Source of the DNA: Eledone cirrhosa
Lineage: Eukaryota
DNA: 64,000 nt
Assembly (NCBI GenBank): GCA_964016885.1
Contig: OZ024744.1
Location: 42,160,001-42,224,000, forward strand
Direction: 5' to 3'
Part shown: positions 40,115-54,467 of the stretch, in pieces
Position numbering within the stretch: the first letter of the stretch is position 1
How the letters are laid out: each line of letters opens with the position of its first letter
The notes under the pieces: model-generated
The model's database searches: none
The model's input: only the letters and a program-made list of their open reading frames with translations
What the model was told of the DNA's origin: nothing
Made by a program: the position numbers and the translations under genes

Positions 40115-40500
40115 AAGGGTGGTGGATTAGCAGTATCGGTAGAGCATTGCACAATATACTTTGAAGCATAGAGTTACGGCTCTTTACGGTCTGAGTTCAA
40201 ATCCTGCCGAGGTTAACTTTGCCTTTCATCCTTACGGGGTCAATAAAATAAAGCAACAGTAATGTACTGGGGTCGATTTAATCGACTTTCCTCTCCCCAC
40301 AAATTACTGGCCTTGTGCCTATACTAGAAATCATTATCATAAGGGTAGTGGATTAGCAGTATTGGTAGATCATTGCACAATATACTTTGCAGCATAGAAT
40401 TACGGCCCTTAATGTTCTGAGATCAAATCCTGCTGAGGTTAGCTTTGCCTTAGTCATGCACTAGGGTCGATTTAATTGACTTTCACCTCCCCAAAAGTTT
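40115..40500 (+). mobile_element. Two tandem tRNA-derived SINEs
   Basis: AAGGGT(G/A)GTGGATTAGCAGTAT heads at ~40115 and ~40341; B-box GAGTTCAAATCC. Confidence 0.85.
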
Positions 40501-41131
40501 GCCTAATCATTATCAATGACACTCTTTGGAGTATGTTAATAACATTTATTAACTTTCTCAAGGCAAAGCTTCTTAAAAAGCTTCCAGTGAATAATGCATG
40601 CAATGTTGTCATGCCTTCTTGTGTTTTCTCTTTACACAAGTTCAGAGCGTTCGCTTACTATGTAGCTTATAGTTTCTCCTTCAGCTCTACACATCTGACA
40701 TAAAGTGGAATCACTAGTCTTATCTATATGGTATTTGACACAATTTGTCCTCAAGGATTGCTACTGTGCAGCTAAGATTGTTTGTGTTTTATGGCTATTT
40801 GTAATAACTTCCCATTATTTTCATTAGACATTTTTGCAGTCCTACAGAGATTGTTTCATAATAGATTTTTAGTTGTATAAGGCATCTTCTTCACAGTGTT
40901 CATGGTAGCTATAATCTTTCTACAACTGAACACACACCAAACAGAAGACACACTCACAAATGCATGTGCAAACAGAGACAAGAATAAATAAGTAAATAAA
41001 TAAAAGATAGAATAAACTAATCTAAACCAAACAATGAGTGTGTTTTATTATATATTTCTGGGAACATTATTACAATATTTGTTTCAACACACGATTTCAT
41101 ATCAAAAACCTTGCAAAACAAATTCATTGCC

Positions 41132-41162
<31 letters not shown>

Positions 41163-41704
41163 AATAAAGTAAGAAGCACGGGACTGCGTAGGGTTTATAA
41201 TTTTTTATCCCCTTAGTAAAATAAGTTGGATTACTTTTAATAACTAATTGTTTCTACTTTTAGCACAAGGCCGGCAAATACCGAGTGTATTACTGGTACT
41301 TTATTTTATCGACCCGTAAGGATGAAAGGCAAAGTGAACCTCGGCGGGATTTGAACTCAGACCATAAAGGGCCGTAACTCTTTATTGCAAAGCATGGCGT
41401 CAGACCCTCTACCGACACTGCCAATCCACCGCCCTTTGAATAAATAATGAATGAATATTACATAATTTATCCACTAAATTTCGTGGCTGTTCATTAAATA
41501 TATGTTATTACTTATTTAAAGATTCACTTCTTTAAAACTTTCAAATGTCAACACTTCCGGTTACTGATCGTTTAAATAAATATTCATATATTTTTCTCAC
41601 TAATTTTCTCCTAATGCAGTTTACATATAATATCGTCTTTGTTTAATGTATCATGGATTACGTTACTGATTAAATAAGACCCAAAGGGAGGTTTTTCTGC
41701 TAGT

Positions 41705-42465
41705 ATATATAATAAATGTAATATGAGTTTTTCGAATATTAATAATAATATTCATTTCGTTTGCAATTATGCAAACAGCCTCTTTTAAGCCATGTCAGTA
41801 GAATGAGCCCTTCATTCTTGCTCTTGTGTTGGCATGTAAACAGAACTGCATACACTAATCTTTCTGTGTGATTACCCTTCATCAGTGTAGTTTACTATTC
41901 ACCTGCCAACTGTCAGAGTTAGTGAAATATATGATATTTTCTAAAATATACAGTGACTGATAGGCCTAATTTACATATAAGCAGACTGGCTGATCAGTCA
42001 GATCTGCATATTAGCAGATCCACTTATCAGCCAGATTTGCATATCAGCATATTGGCCAGTCACTTTCATGTATACAAACGATTAATGGTCGGCTTTGCCA
42101 AATAACTAGCCAAAAGTTATACCTCTACATGGCTGAATACAATAAATATAATCTGAGTTTTTCGAATATTAATAATAATATTCGATTCGTTTGCAATCAT
42201 GCAAAAGCCATGTCAGTAGAATGAGCCGATCAGTCACTGTATATTTTAGAAAATATCATATATTTTCACTAGCTCTGTTAGTTGGCAGATGAACAGTAAA
42301 CTGCACTGATGAGGGGTAATCACCCAGGGTAATCATTCTACTGACATGGCTTAAAAGAGGCTTATTGCATAATTGAAAACGAATCGATTATTATTATTAA
42401 TATTCGAAAGACTCAGATTACATTTATTGTATTCAGCCATATAGAGCGATAACTTTTTGTTAGTT
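41705..42465. mobile_element. Family A hammerhead element: minus unit, partial tandem, then inversion
   Basis: GAGTTTTTCGAATATTAAT at ~41726 and ~42155 (period ~430); plus-orientation segment 42227-42460; hammerheads at 41844-41892 (-) and ~42298-42326 (+, truncated). Confidence 0.8.
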
Positions 42466-43241
42466 TTATATATATATATACAACATATTACACAATCAAA
42501 TTGTTGTCTAATGCATTTAATTACTGACGATCATTTCTTCCAGACTGGAATCATCGGAGCATCTACAATGTTAAAACTGTAATCTTAATCGGTGTACTAC
42601 ATTGAGAAATGTCAAATACGATATTGTTCTAACTCAGATTATGGCATGGCAACAGAAACATCGAGTTAAGGTAGAAATACCTTATAGAGAAACATTAAGG
42701 AAGCAATGCAATATAACCAATACCGTTGGATTAAATGTTTGTTTTATATATTTATTTGAAGTTTACAAATCTATGCTTACTGCTTACACATGCCCCAACT
42801 ATAAATATTAAACATTTCCTACATAAACTTTTTATATTTCCTCCTGCCTGCAACTAATTCATCATATAATTGTTTCTACTTTTGGCACAAGGCCAGCAAT
42901 TATCCAGTGTATTACTGGTACTTTATTTTATCGACCCCGTAAGGATGAAAAGCAAAGTTAACCTCGGCGGGATTTGAACTCAGACCATAAAGGGCCGTAA
43001 CTCTTTGCTGCAAAGCATGGCGTCCATATAATGTTTACAAAACATATATATGCATGCTATCAGTATGCATCTGTCTTACGTTAATGCATGCTATTATTAA
43101 CATTCTTTGTCTAATATGCTTGATATATTGACTTTACGTAATACTCTCTTTATAACACCTTTCAATCTTTTCACTGTAATATTATTTTGTTCTTCTTGCT
43201 CTTCAATATAATGACACTATTAATTATATATATATATATAT

Positions 43242-43244
<3 letters not shown>

Positions 43245-43273
<29 letters not shown>

Positions 43274-45312
43274 TTAACGTCCATCTTCCACGCTAGCATG
43301 GGTTAGACGGGAGTTGTCCCACTTGAGGCAAGGTTGGTCAGATGACCGTGTCTCACTCAAATAGGACTATCTAGCGGGTTTTCTACGGCTGGATGCCCTT
43401 CCTAACACCAACCACATTTACAGTGTGGAACTGGGAACTTTTTACCGTGTTACCTAGACGGCCACATTACAGCGTGGACTGTGTGTGTTTTTGTCGTGAC
43501 ACCTACATGATCTCGATCTCATTATCCCATTTATTTGGACTGGATGTTGTGGTACCAACTTTACAGAGAGAGGGTGGTGTTGATGGGAGTGGGAGGTTAG
43601 AGTAGGGGTAGTGGATTGGGGTGTATATTTGGTTAAGAGGTGCCTACTGACTAGGTTTTGCTTTGTACATAAGCAAGTCGGGTCCAGTGACATTGTCTTA
43701 GAGAGTGCAAGTGTGTAAGCTCGGAATTTATCAATTTGTTTCAGGATTTTCTGGGTCTACCTACTCCGTAACTTCCATCAATTTTGATTGCCCTGCACTG
43801 TTTTATACAGCTGTCGTCTTTCATCTGCATCACATGACCATACCAACGTAGTCTTCTCTCAAGTAAACAACATCTGATCCCTCTTATTCCTAATTTCACA
43901 CTTAGTTCATTTATGCTTTGCCGTTCACTTATATTACTATTACACATCCAACGGTGCATGCATGCTTCGTTCCTTTCCAGTCTGTGCAGGTCCTCTGCAC
44001 ACAATGCCCATGTTTCACTGCCATGTAGCATTGTTGTTCGTATACAGGCATCATACAATCTGCCTTTCATTTTTAGAGAGAAAACTTTTGTGGCCAACAG
44101 CGGTATAAGCTCTCTGAACTTTTGCCATCCCGTTCTGACTCTGACTACTGTACATTCAGAGCACCCTCCACCTCTGCTGATTTTGTCGCCCAGGTAACGG
44201 AAAGTGTCAACTATTTCTATAGAACCATCTGGGCAATAGAAGGAGCTAGTATCCTGTGGGCACTTGCTACTTATTGCACCTGAGCATCATCAACATATAC
44301 AATCTACGTTCTTAGATAGTTTACCTGTGATCCCACTACATCTTTTATGTACCCATAGTTTGCATTTAGGGCATAACATGGAATTTCTGCCCATTCCTTT
44401 CCTACACAGTGAGCATTGCCATTTCCCCGAGGGCTCCTGTGCCATATTTTCCTTTCTACAAACTAGAACTTTAGTCTTAGACAAGTTAACTTTAAGGCCT
44501 ATTGATTCTAGGCCATGCTTCCATGTTTGGAATTCCTTCTCTAGTTCAGCCATAGATTCAGCTATGAGAGTTAGATCATCTGCATATAGGAGTTCCCATG
44601 GGCAGCCAGTCTTAAACTCCTCTGTTATAGCCTGAAGGGCAATAATAAATAGGAGGGGGCTAATGACAGAGCCTTGATGAACACCAACTTTTACATTCAA
44701 TTCTTCACAATATTCGTTGTTAATTCTAACCTTACTGACTGTTTCCTTATACATGGCTTGTATAGCTCTCACAAGCCATTCATCTACACCTAGTTTTCTA
44801 AGACCCCACCAGATAATGGAGCGGGAGACTCTGTCAAAAGCCTTCTCCAGGTCTGCAAAATCTAAGTAGAGGGGTTCACTTTTAGCTACGTACTTCTCCT
44901 GTAGTTGTCGTACAAGGAAAAGAGCGTCTGTGGTACTTTTACCTGACACAAACCCAAACTGCATTTCATCTAGATCAATTTGCTCTCTGATTAGTTGTGC
45001 TATATCTCTTTCTGTGACTTTCATGACCTGGTCAACTAACTTAATGGCTCTATAGTTTCCTCTATCTAGAGCATCTCCTTTACCCTTGTAGCAGTTAATG
45101 ATGATGCTGCTACGCCAGTGATTTGGTATGACCCCATTCTGTATTACTTGGTTAACTATACGGGTGACCATAGTATGTCCCACCATTCCAGATTCCTTCA
45201 ACATCTCAGCACCTATCTCCGAAGGCCCAGCTGCCTTGCCTGTCTTCATATCTTTGATTGCCTTACTTATTATACTACCTTTAACTTGCACCGCTGGTCC
45301 CTCTATTGGATC
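43245..45312 (-). mobile_element. 5'-truncated RTE LINE (family A)
   Basis: 333-aa RT ORF (QFGF, DLEKAFD, HQGSVISP, YADD), PHD-like cluster, (GAT)n tail. Confidence 0.95.
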
Positions 45313-45451
45313 GATTTATATAAATTAATATATATAATGTATTTTAATGAATGTTCTAAAGATTAGGAATTTATTTATTTTATTTGTAATTGTATATATA
45401 TTATATATATAAGTATGAATATTATTATTATTATTATTATCATATATATAT

Positions 45452-48400
45452 ATCATCACCATCATTTTACGTCCGCTTTTCCCTGCTTGCAAGGGTGGGA
45501 CAGGCCCTATTCAGAGCAGCATCTCTCCACTTGTCACGGTCCTTCGTCATCTCCACTATGAGCTTCAGCGATCTGAGGTCCGCTCTTACCCCCTCCACCC
45601 ATGTTTTTCGTGGTCATCTGCTACTGCATCTCCCTTCTACTGGGATTTCTTGGCACTTCTTTACCCAGCAGTCATCCTCCATGCGCATCACATGGCCATA
45701 CCAACGCAGTCTTCTCTCCCGCACACTACAACTTATCCCTCTTATACACAGCTTCTCTCTCAACTCATCCATGCATGGTCGTTCATGCACATTGACATTA
45801 CACATGGCCTCGGAACACCCGCCCCCCGTCCCATGTTAATCTGATCTCCTAGGTACCGGAAGCTAACCACCACTTCTATAGCACCCGCCTGCATTTGAAA
45901 AATGTGTCTATCAATGCTACTTCTACTGTCTAATTTCCCTGTACATCTACTGCATACGTATTTCTCCCTACCTGTTAGTTTGCCTGCTATCCCACTACAT
46001 CTCTTGTGTACTCAAGGCCTGCATTGTGTACATCTTATAGAGTTTATGCCAGCTCCTTTTCTACATATCGAACATGGCCATTTCTCTGACGGAATCAGAG
46101 TTTTGTCCTCTTTCTACTCATCAACACTTTTGTCTTAGCTAGGTTCTCTCTCAGTCCTCTTGCTTCCAACTGCTGTTTCCATAGCCAGAATTTATTCTCT
46201 AGCTCCTCTACTGATTCTGCTATAAGAACCAGATCGTCAGCATAGAGAAGTTCCTGTGGACAGCCACTCTTAAACTAATCTGTTATGGCTTGGAGGACTA
46301 TAATGAACAAGAGCGGGCTGAGGACTGACTCCTGGTGTACTGCTACTTGTATCTGGAATTCCTCACTAAACTCCATTCCTACCCTGACTTTACTGACAGT
46401 ATCTCTGTCCAAAGTTTGCACTCTCTTCACAGGCCTTTCCTCTACACCTAGTTTCCTTAGGGACCACCAGATGATAGATCGGGTTGCCCTATCAAAGGCC
46501 TTCTCCAGGTCAAAAGCTAAGTATAGTGGCTTATTCTTCTCTAAGAATCTCTTTTGAAATTGTCTCACCAAGAAGAGGGCATCTGTTGTATTTTTCCCAG
46601 ACACAAAACCAAACTGCATCTCATCTAGTTTGACCCTTCCTCTAATTAATTGTGCTAATATTCTTTCTGCCACTTTCATAACCTGATCCATCAGTTTTAT
46701 GCCCCTATAATTGCTCCTCTCTAGAGCGTCCCCTTTATCTTTGTAGCAATTTATGAGAATACTGCTGCACCAGTCTTTGGGTATGACACTACCATATATA
46801 GTTGATTGACGATGATGCATGCAACCAGTTTAGCACCTACTTCTCCTGATGCCTTCAGCATCTCAGCAACTATCCCCGACGATCCAGCGGCCTTACCATT
46901 TTCCATTTCCTTAATTGCCTCTTTGATCCTATACTCATCATTCTCAATAGCTGGACCCTCTGTCGGATCTACTGGGGGTAGTTTCTCTCTCTCCCATTCG
47001 TTCTCCACATTTATCAGTCTCTCATCATAACATTTCCAGGCCTCCTTTTTCTGCTCATTCGTGACACTAAGTACACCGGCATCATTTCGGACACATTTAT
47101 CTCCAACAACATCCTGATTTACACTGACTCACTGTCTTGCAATGCGGAATACTGCATGTCTCTAATCTTCCCTTTGCAGGACATTGGCAAACCTCCTACT
47201 TTCAGCCTCACTGCATGCTAAGTACACCTGACTCTAGCTTCTCTCTTAGCAGTTGTGTATCCTTCCCTACTCCCACCATTTTCCCAAGCCTTCCATGCTA
47301 GTCTTTTGTCTCTAATGGTCTTATCTACTGTGCTGTTCCACCACCAGGTCACTCTCTGTCTGGTTGGAGCTCTGCTCCAGCCACAGTCTCTTCAGTAGCC
47401 TGCAGTAAGTTGTCACGTAAGAAATTCCAGTTATCATCTATGTCAAACGATTCTAAATCGTCTTCTTTCTTGTCATACCCATCTTGAAGGGCTTTGCTAA
47501 ATATATATTTTAATGAAAGGTCTTTTAACTTCCAGACCTTTCTTTTCCACACCTTTCTGTATGTCTCATTCTGTCTCTTGCTTACTGAGATATCACTAAC
47601 GACTAACCTATGCTGTGGGGTACATTCATCCTCGGGGTATGCCTTAGTATTTGACACCATCTGTCTGTCTCGCTGTCTAACTAGCAGGAAGTCAATCTGG
47701 CTTATTAGGTGGTTGGTAGGTTTCTTGAAGTTAGTGTTGCAAATGGTTAGTGCAATCTGCATCACTAAATTCAAGAAGCCTCACTCCTTCTACATTTCTT
47801 GAGCCATAACCGTGCCCACCATGTACCCCAGTGTATCCATCCTGGAGTTGTCCAACATGGCCATTGAAGTCCCTTGCTATAATAACGATGTCTCTGTCCT
47901 CTGTCATTGAGGCTGTTTGTAAAAGTTGCTCGTAAAAGCAGTCTTTCTCTTCTTTACCTAGGCCTGCCTGGGCAGCATAGGCAGAGATGATTGTCAGTAG
48001 TCTCTTGCCAACAACTAATCTAAGCTTAACTATTAGATTATTAACTCGAACTACCTCTATTGTCTTATCGATCCATCTCTCAGCCTGTAAAATGCCTACC
48101 CCACCTAACCCATCATCATTACCCACCCAGAAAAGCTTATAACTAAGATGTTTACTTGTGTTTAGTCTTGCAGAGCCACCTCCCCTTCTCACCTCTTGTA
48201 CACTGCACACATCCACATGCCTTCTCTCTAGCATCTCCACTATGTCACCAGATCTACTTGTTAGAGTGCCAACATTAAGTGTGGTAAGTCTGAGATTTGA
48301 CGCCTTCATATTCTTGTTCTTGTTGAGCGATTGCTTGATGACGGTCGGAGGGGGGGGGTTCTCGCACATGGCCACACCAGCCACCCCACTACCGTGCACA

Positions 48401-48525
48401 GCCCTAACATGGTTAGTGTTATTGCTGTTCACACAGTTATTCTTTCTTCTGCTTGCTCTTGCTTGATGAGACTGGGGTCATCAGACATCAGGCTTAGAGC
48501 TGACCAGGTCCACCAGCGCCCTCCT

Positions 48526-48536
<11 letters not shown>
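45452..48536 (-). mobile_element. Near full-length decayed RTE LINE (family B)
   Basis: APE (47731-48432), RT (46275-46820), C-terminal LRWYGHV, GGAAAAGCGGACGTAAAATGATG end; deletion near 45805. Confidence 0.92.
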
Positions 48537-48556
<20 letters not shown>

Positions 48557-48962
48557 ATCACTGTCTGTATTTTGGAGATTTCCTTTTCCCAAGGGGTTTG
48601 ATATTATCGTGCATCTAATCGGAAGCCAGTGTATTTCTATGTCTTGCATATCTGTTATATACAGTGAGGTTTTGTAAACAAGTCGATGTTCTGAAATAAT
48701 TTTGAGACTATGACTAAAGACCAATTGTCTTCTCCACAGGTGAGCTATCACACAGCAGTTAGAAGAAATGAGAAAATAATATAACACTTTTTACTTCTTA
48801 AAGTGCTGACTTCATTATTCTGAATGTGTAGACCTCGTTTCTTCAATATTTTAAAATAAATAGTTTTGACTTGCAATTATCTTTCTCTGCTCTCTAGAAG
48901 ATGAATGTATCAGAGAGAAGTAAGAAAGAAAGAGATAGATAGATAGATAGAGATAGATAGAT

Positions 48963-49049
<87 letters not shown>

Positions 49050-49517
49050 GGCATTGGTATGGACATGCGATGTGTATGAAGGATGACAGCTGTATAAAAA
49101 GGTGCAAAGGGGGGGAGAAAGAAAGAAAGAAAAAGAACAAAAGAGATTAGGGACAGTAAGCTTTTAGCTATATTCATAGATATACCTAGATGGAATGGTG
49201 TTTTGTACTAGCTCAACATATCTATATATCCTTCATATAGTTTTATAACTCATAATATAGGTAACAAAAATCTTTTCCCCCAAATTAACGTTATTCTTTT
49301 CTCTTTCTCTTCTTTCCTTATCATAAATATTTAAATTTTCCATAGCGTCTAAAATAACGGTTTTTTTCAGCCGTTTAATATACATATTATTTGCATAATC
49401 ATATTAATAATTTTAAATATCTGACTTTTCTCCTCTCCTCCCGTCACTTTCCAGGGATAACTTGAACCGTTAAGGTATATTATCCTTGGTCATGTCAAAT
49501 ATTTATAAAACATTTTG

Positions 49518-49579
49518 TATTTTATCTGATGATAGCGTACCAACATTTGTGGTATCCTTGTAATATATATAATAGAATA
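49518..49579 (+). ncRNA. Type I hammerhead with one core substitution (GUAA)
   Basis: UAUUUUAU-CUGAUGA-[..GUACCA..UGGUAU..]-GUAA-UAUAUA-UA-AUAGAAUA; 8-bp stem I. Confidence 0.6.
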
Positions 49580-49711
49580 AATATGGTTTTATAAATATAG
49601 TTTCCATTTTTTAATATCATTTGAATACTACTCCAGAAATCTGTCAAGTGCTTTAAATCAGTTGTAAATATCTATATTTGTTGGATTTCCAACAAATTAA
49701 ATATCTCTTCT

Positions 49712-49765
<54 letters not shown>

Positions 49766-50217
49766 TGTATGCACAAATATATAGATAGACAGCTATTATA
49801 TCCATATACACTAGAATATATGCAAACGTAGATACACATTGAAACAAACACACACACACACAAATATATGCACATACAATAATGCACATCAATAAGATAG
49901 GTTATATTAAAACACATCTATGAAACTTAGACCAGACAGTCTCCTATGGATGTATTTTGAAACAACCTATGACAACAATTATTTACCATCATGCACACAC
50001 AAACATACACTCAGGCACAAGCGCACACAAAGATACACACATGTATATGCACACACACACACGCACACATACACACACACGCGCGCATGGAAAAGGGATA
50101 TGAAATTATATTGGGGATATGTATGTGTGCGTGTGTGTGCACGTATGCGTGTGTGTGTATGTGTGTGTGTGAACCGACAATTCCGTGCAGGACAACTCAG
50201 CGCCGACAATTTAGCAC

Positions 50218-52792
50218 AAACTTTAAAAAATGGGACAACCACTTAATCACTTATAGATCAGGTGTGGACGCCAGTCAGTTAGATTTTATTCTTACTAGAA
50301 GATGAGACAGAGTGACTGTTGTGAACACAAAGATCCTCCCTAGTGAAGAATGCACATAGGTTAGTAGTTAGCGACCTTATAGTGAGGGCTAGAAGAACCC
50401 TCAATAGGAGACAACTTGGAGAAGAATATGGAAGTTAAAAGACCCATCAACCAGTAACAAATTTAGAAGTATATTGATTGACGCTTTTGACAGTAAGGAA
50501 GATCAAATAGAGATACATATAGAGGAGCAGTGGGAGTTCCTGATAGATAACTTATTGAAGGTGACAGATGAAGTCTGCAGATGGAGTAGGTCTCTAGGAA
50601 GAAGAAGAGTGACTTGGTGATGGAATATTAGGGTAGATGAGACAATTAAAACCAAAAGACAGGCATGGAAGGAATGGCAATATGGAGGAAGTAGAGAAGT
50701 AAACTAGAAGACTAGGAGAGAATCTAGGCAACAAGTATACCTTGCAAGTAGGGAAGCAGAAAACAAAAAATTAAGCATGTTTTGCAGCATGAGGATCAAA
50801 GGTGTGAGGTGTTCAGGATTGCAACACAGTGTGTCAGGGAAAATTGTGATGTTGGTGGAGAGAAGTGTGTCCAAAATGATTATGGCGAACTTGCCCTCAA
50901 TAACGCTGAAAAGAATGGAGCATGGAAGTGCCACTATGAAAGATTACTGAATGAGGAGAATGCATGGGATAAAGAGAGTCTGTCACTCTGTCACATATCT
51001 ACCTAACAGAGGGGACCAGCTGTACAACTTAGCAGTAGTATAGTAAGTAAGGCAATCAAGAATATGAAGTCAGGCAGGGCTGCTGGTCCTCCAGGGATAG
51101 TTACCCAGATGCTGAAAACTTCAGGTATGGCAGGCTTCATACATTGTAAACCAAGTCATACAAACTGGTATCATACCCAATGACTTGTATAGCAGTATCA
51201 TCATAAACTGCTACAATGGCAAAGGAGATGCTCTAGACAGAGAACTCTATAGAGGCATTAAGTTGGTTGACTAGTTCATGAAGTTCATAGAAAGAGTTAA
51301 TAGAACAGCTGATTAGAGACTGAGATCACGTTGATGAGATGCAATTTGGAATTGTACATTATTAGGGAACTGCAGAAGTACCTAGCTAAAGGTAAAACCC
51401 TCTACTTGGCTTTTGTGGACTGGAGAAAGCTTTTGACAGGGTCCTCTGTTGGGTTCTTAGAAAACTAGGAGTAGACGAAAGCTTTTGAGGACAGTACATG
51501 CCATGTATAGAAGAACAATCAGTAAGGTTAGAATTAATAATTGTTTCTACTTTAGGCACAAGGCCAGAAATTAACCAGTACATTACTGGTACTTTATTTT
51601 ATCGACCCCGTAAGGATGAAAGGCAAAGTTAACCTTTAGGTGAGAATTAATAATGACTATAGTGAAGAATTTAGCTTGTAGATTGGTGTCCATCAGGGTC
51701 AGTTGTTAGCCCTCTTCTGTTTATTATCATCCTGCATGCTATAATGGAGACATTTAAGACTGGTTACGCAAGGGAACTTCTGTATGCAGATTACCTAACT
51801 CTTATAGCTGAATCTATGGCTGAATTAGAGAAGAGATGCCAAACCAGGATGCATGGCCTGGAACCGAAAGGTCTTAAAGTTATCTTAGCAAAGACTAAAG
51901 TCCTATGTAGAAAATAAAACAGTCCCCAGCTTCCCTCAGGGAATGGCCTTGCTCAGTGCATAGAAAGGGAGTAAATAGAAATTCAATCTTTTGTCCCAAC
52001 TACAAACTAAGAGATGTAGTGGGATCTCAAACAGGCTAACGAAGAATGCAGGTTTTACATGTGGTTGGTGTACAGGGGCAGTAACTAGCAAGAGCTCTCA
52101 GGATACAATCTCCTTCAAATACCCTAGGGCTCTGTAGAAGTGGTAGATAGTTTCTGTTACCTGGATGACCAAATCAGCACTGGGGGACGGTGTTCTGAAA
52201 GCACAGTAGCTAGAATGAGAACGGACAGAAGAAAGTTCAGGGAGTTACTACTGCTGCTAACTACAAAAGGTTTTCCTACAAAATGGAAGGCTGATTGTAT
52301 GATGCATATATATGAAGAACAATGTTGCACAGTAGAAAAACCTGGGCACTGTATGCAAAGGACCTGCAAAGATTGGAAATAAATGAAGCTGCCATGCATC
52401 AATGGATGTGCATCCTCTTCACTCAAGTCCCCAATTCACACCTTAAAGTGATCATCCTGGAGCCACAACAACAAGTACCCAGCCCACACTGTAAAGTGAT
52501 CATGTTGATGACCCAACAAGAAGCACCCAGCCCACACTGTATAGCAGTCATGTAGGTGTCACGACAAAAAGTGCCCTGTCCACATTGTAAAGGGATTGTG
52601 TAGGCATCACGATGAAAAACACCCAGCATACACGGTAAATATGGTTGGCATTAGAAAGGGCAGCCAGCCATAGAAACATAGTAAAAATCAGTTCTGTGTG
52701 AGCAAAACAGTTTCACCCTGGCTGTCTCACAACAAGACAGCACTTCCAACCCATGTTAGTGTAGAAAATGGCTTTCAGAATATGATGATGAT
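50218..52792 (+). mobile_element. Heavily decayed RTE LINE with a nested minus-strand SINE at 51538-51637
   Basis: NHLITYRSG..SQLDFIL; WKCHYERLLNEEN; VDSFCYL; family A-type tail. Confidence 0.88.
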
Positions 52793-52939
52793 TATATATA
52801 TAGATATATATATAGAGAGAGATGTAAAATCCTGACCGCAACGCCAAGTGGTTTGATATATATATATACACATATATATATATAGATAGTTAGCTAGCTA
52901 TCTATCTGTGAGGTATATATATATATATATATATATATA

Positions 52940-53580
52940 TCATCATCATCATCATCATCATTTTACATCCGCTTTACCCTGCTAGCAAGGGTGGGACGGG
53001 TCCTATTCAGCACAGCATCACTCCACTTGTCACGGTCCTTAATCATCTCCTCCGTGATCTTCAGTGATCTGAAGTTTGTTCTCCCCACCTCCGCCCATGT
53101 TTTTCGCGGTCTTCCTCTACTGCGTCTTCCTTCTACTGGGATTTCTTGGCACTTCTTTACTCAGCGGTCATCCTCCATGCGCATCACATGTCAATACCAT
53201 CGCAGTCTTCTCTCCCGCACACCACAACTTATCCCTCTTATACACAGCTTCTCTCTCAACTCATCCATGCTTGGTAATTCATGTACATTTATATTACACA
53301 TGCAACGGAGCATACTTGCTTCATTTCTCTCCAGCCATTGCATATCCTCTGCAGTTGCTGCCCATGTCTCATAACCATGCAACATCGCGCATCTCACACA
53401 GGCATCATTTAACTGGCCTTTCGTACGCAGGGAGAAACCCTTCTTTGTCAGCAGAGGAAGCAGCTCCCTAAACTTCTTCCAGCCTGTCCTTATTCTAGAT
53501 ACTATGGCAGCGGACCCCCCCCCCCCTCCCACGCTTATCTGATCACCTAGGTACTGGAAGCTATCAACCACTTCTATAGA
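52940..53580 (-). mobile_element. RTE LINE 3' fragment (family B)
   Basis: VDSFQYLGD...LHGYETW...ERRLRWY; (TGA)n tail. Confidence 0.92.
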
Positions 53581-53646
53581 TTATAGAAGCTGGATTATAT
53601 TACTGGATTATATTAATGGAATTCTATAAGAATCCAGCTTCTATAA

Positions 53647-53739
53647 TCTTCGGCGAAAGCCGGGAGTACGTTGCTCTGATGATTGCCACCAGCGTGAAAC
53701 AGACAGTTTGTTAGCTTCTCTCCCTTCTTTTGCCGAAGA
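53647..53739 (+). ncRNA. Extended type I hammerhead ribozyme
   Basis: Long stem I (UCUUCGGCGAAAG/CUUUUGCCGAAGA, GGGAG/CUCCC, GCU/AGC with internal loops); CUGAUGA-UUGCCACCAGCGU-GAAA-CAGACAGUUUG-UU. Confidence 0.75.
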
Positions 53740-53811
53740 AAAAAAGTAAGTGACATACTTTAAAAAAAGTAAGTGACATACTTTAAAAAAAAGTAAGTGA
53801 CATACTTTAAA
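53739..53811. repeat. Three tandem ~24-bp repeats
   Basis: AAAAAAAGTAAGTGACATACTTT x3. Confidence 0.95.
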
Positions 53812-53924
53812 ACTGATAGCATATGGTCTCCAAAATGTTTTTAATTAAGCATACGGTATATTGCCAAATATATTATACATACAGTCATGTATACATCGGT
53901 ATTTCAGAGCACCAATCCTAATAC

Positions 53925-53989
<65 letters not shown>

Positions 53990-53991
<2 letters not shown>

Positions 53992-54390
53992 CTGGTCTGA
54001 GACTTGGACACTGACCAAGAAACTCACTCAGATGGTGGATGAGTGCTACACGAGAATGCTGAGAATGGCTCTGAATATTAATCAGTATACTCTGAGGATG
54101 AAAAACTCAGAGCAGTATGGGAGCCTCCCAAAATTCAGCTCAAAAGTGACACACAGGAAACTGAGGTTAGCTGGACATGCTCACCGACATCCAGAGTTGA
54201 CACTGCGCTCAGTGCTCCTGTGGGAGCCCCTACATGGACACACTGGAAGAGGAAGACCAAGGTTAACGTATGTTGATGCCCTAAAGACAGACACTGGTCT
54301 GTTGGAGATGCAGGACATGGCAGCGATAATGAGGGACAGAGACTGCTGGAGAGAACTCGTCCATGGATCTTGGGAATTTTACCCACCATA
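53990..54390 (+). mobile_element. RTE-group LINE 3' fragment (distinct family) between (TA)n tracts
   Basis: SETWTLTKK...YTRMLRMALN...LRLAGHAHRH...GRGRPRLTYVD. Confidence 0.8.
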
Positions 54391-54416
54391 TATATAATAT
54401 ATATATATATATATAA

Positions 54417-54467
<51 letters not shown>

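Noticed and set aside
42515-42570. Hammerhead-like CTGACGA with a hairpin
   Set aside because: GGAG in place of GAAA and no convincing stem I
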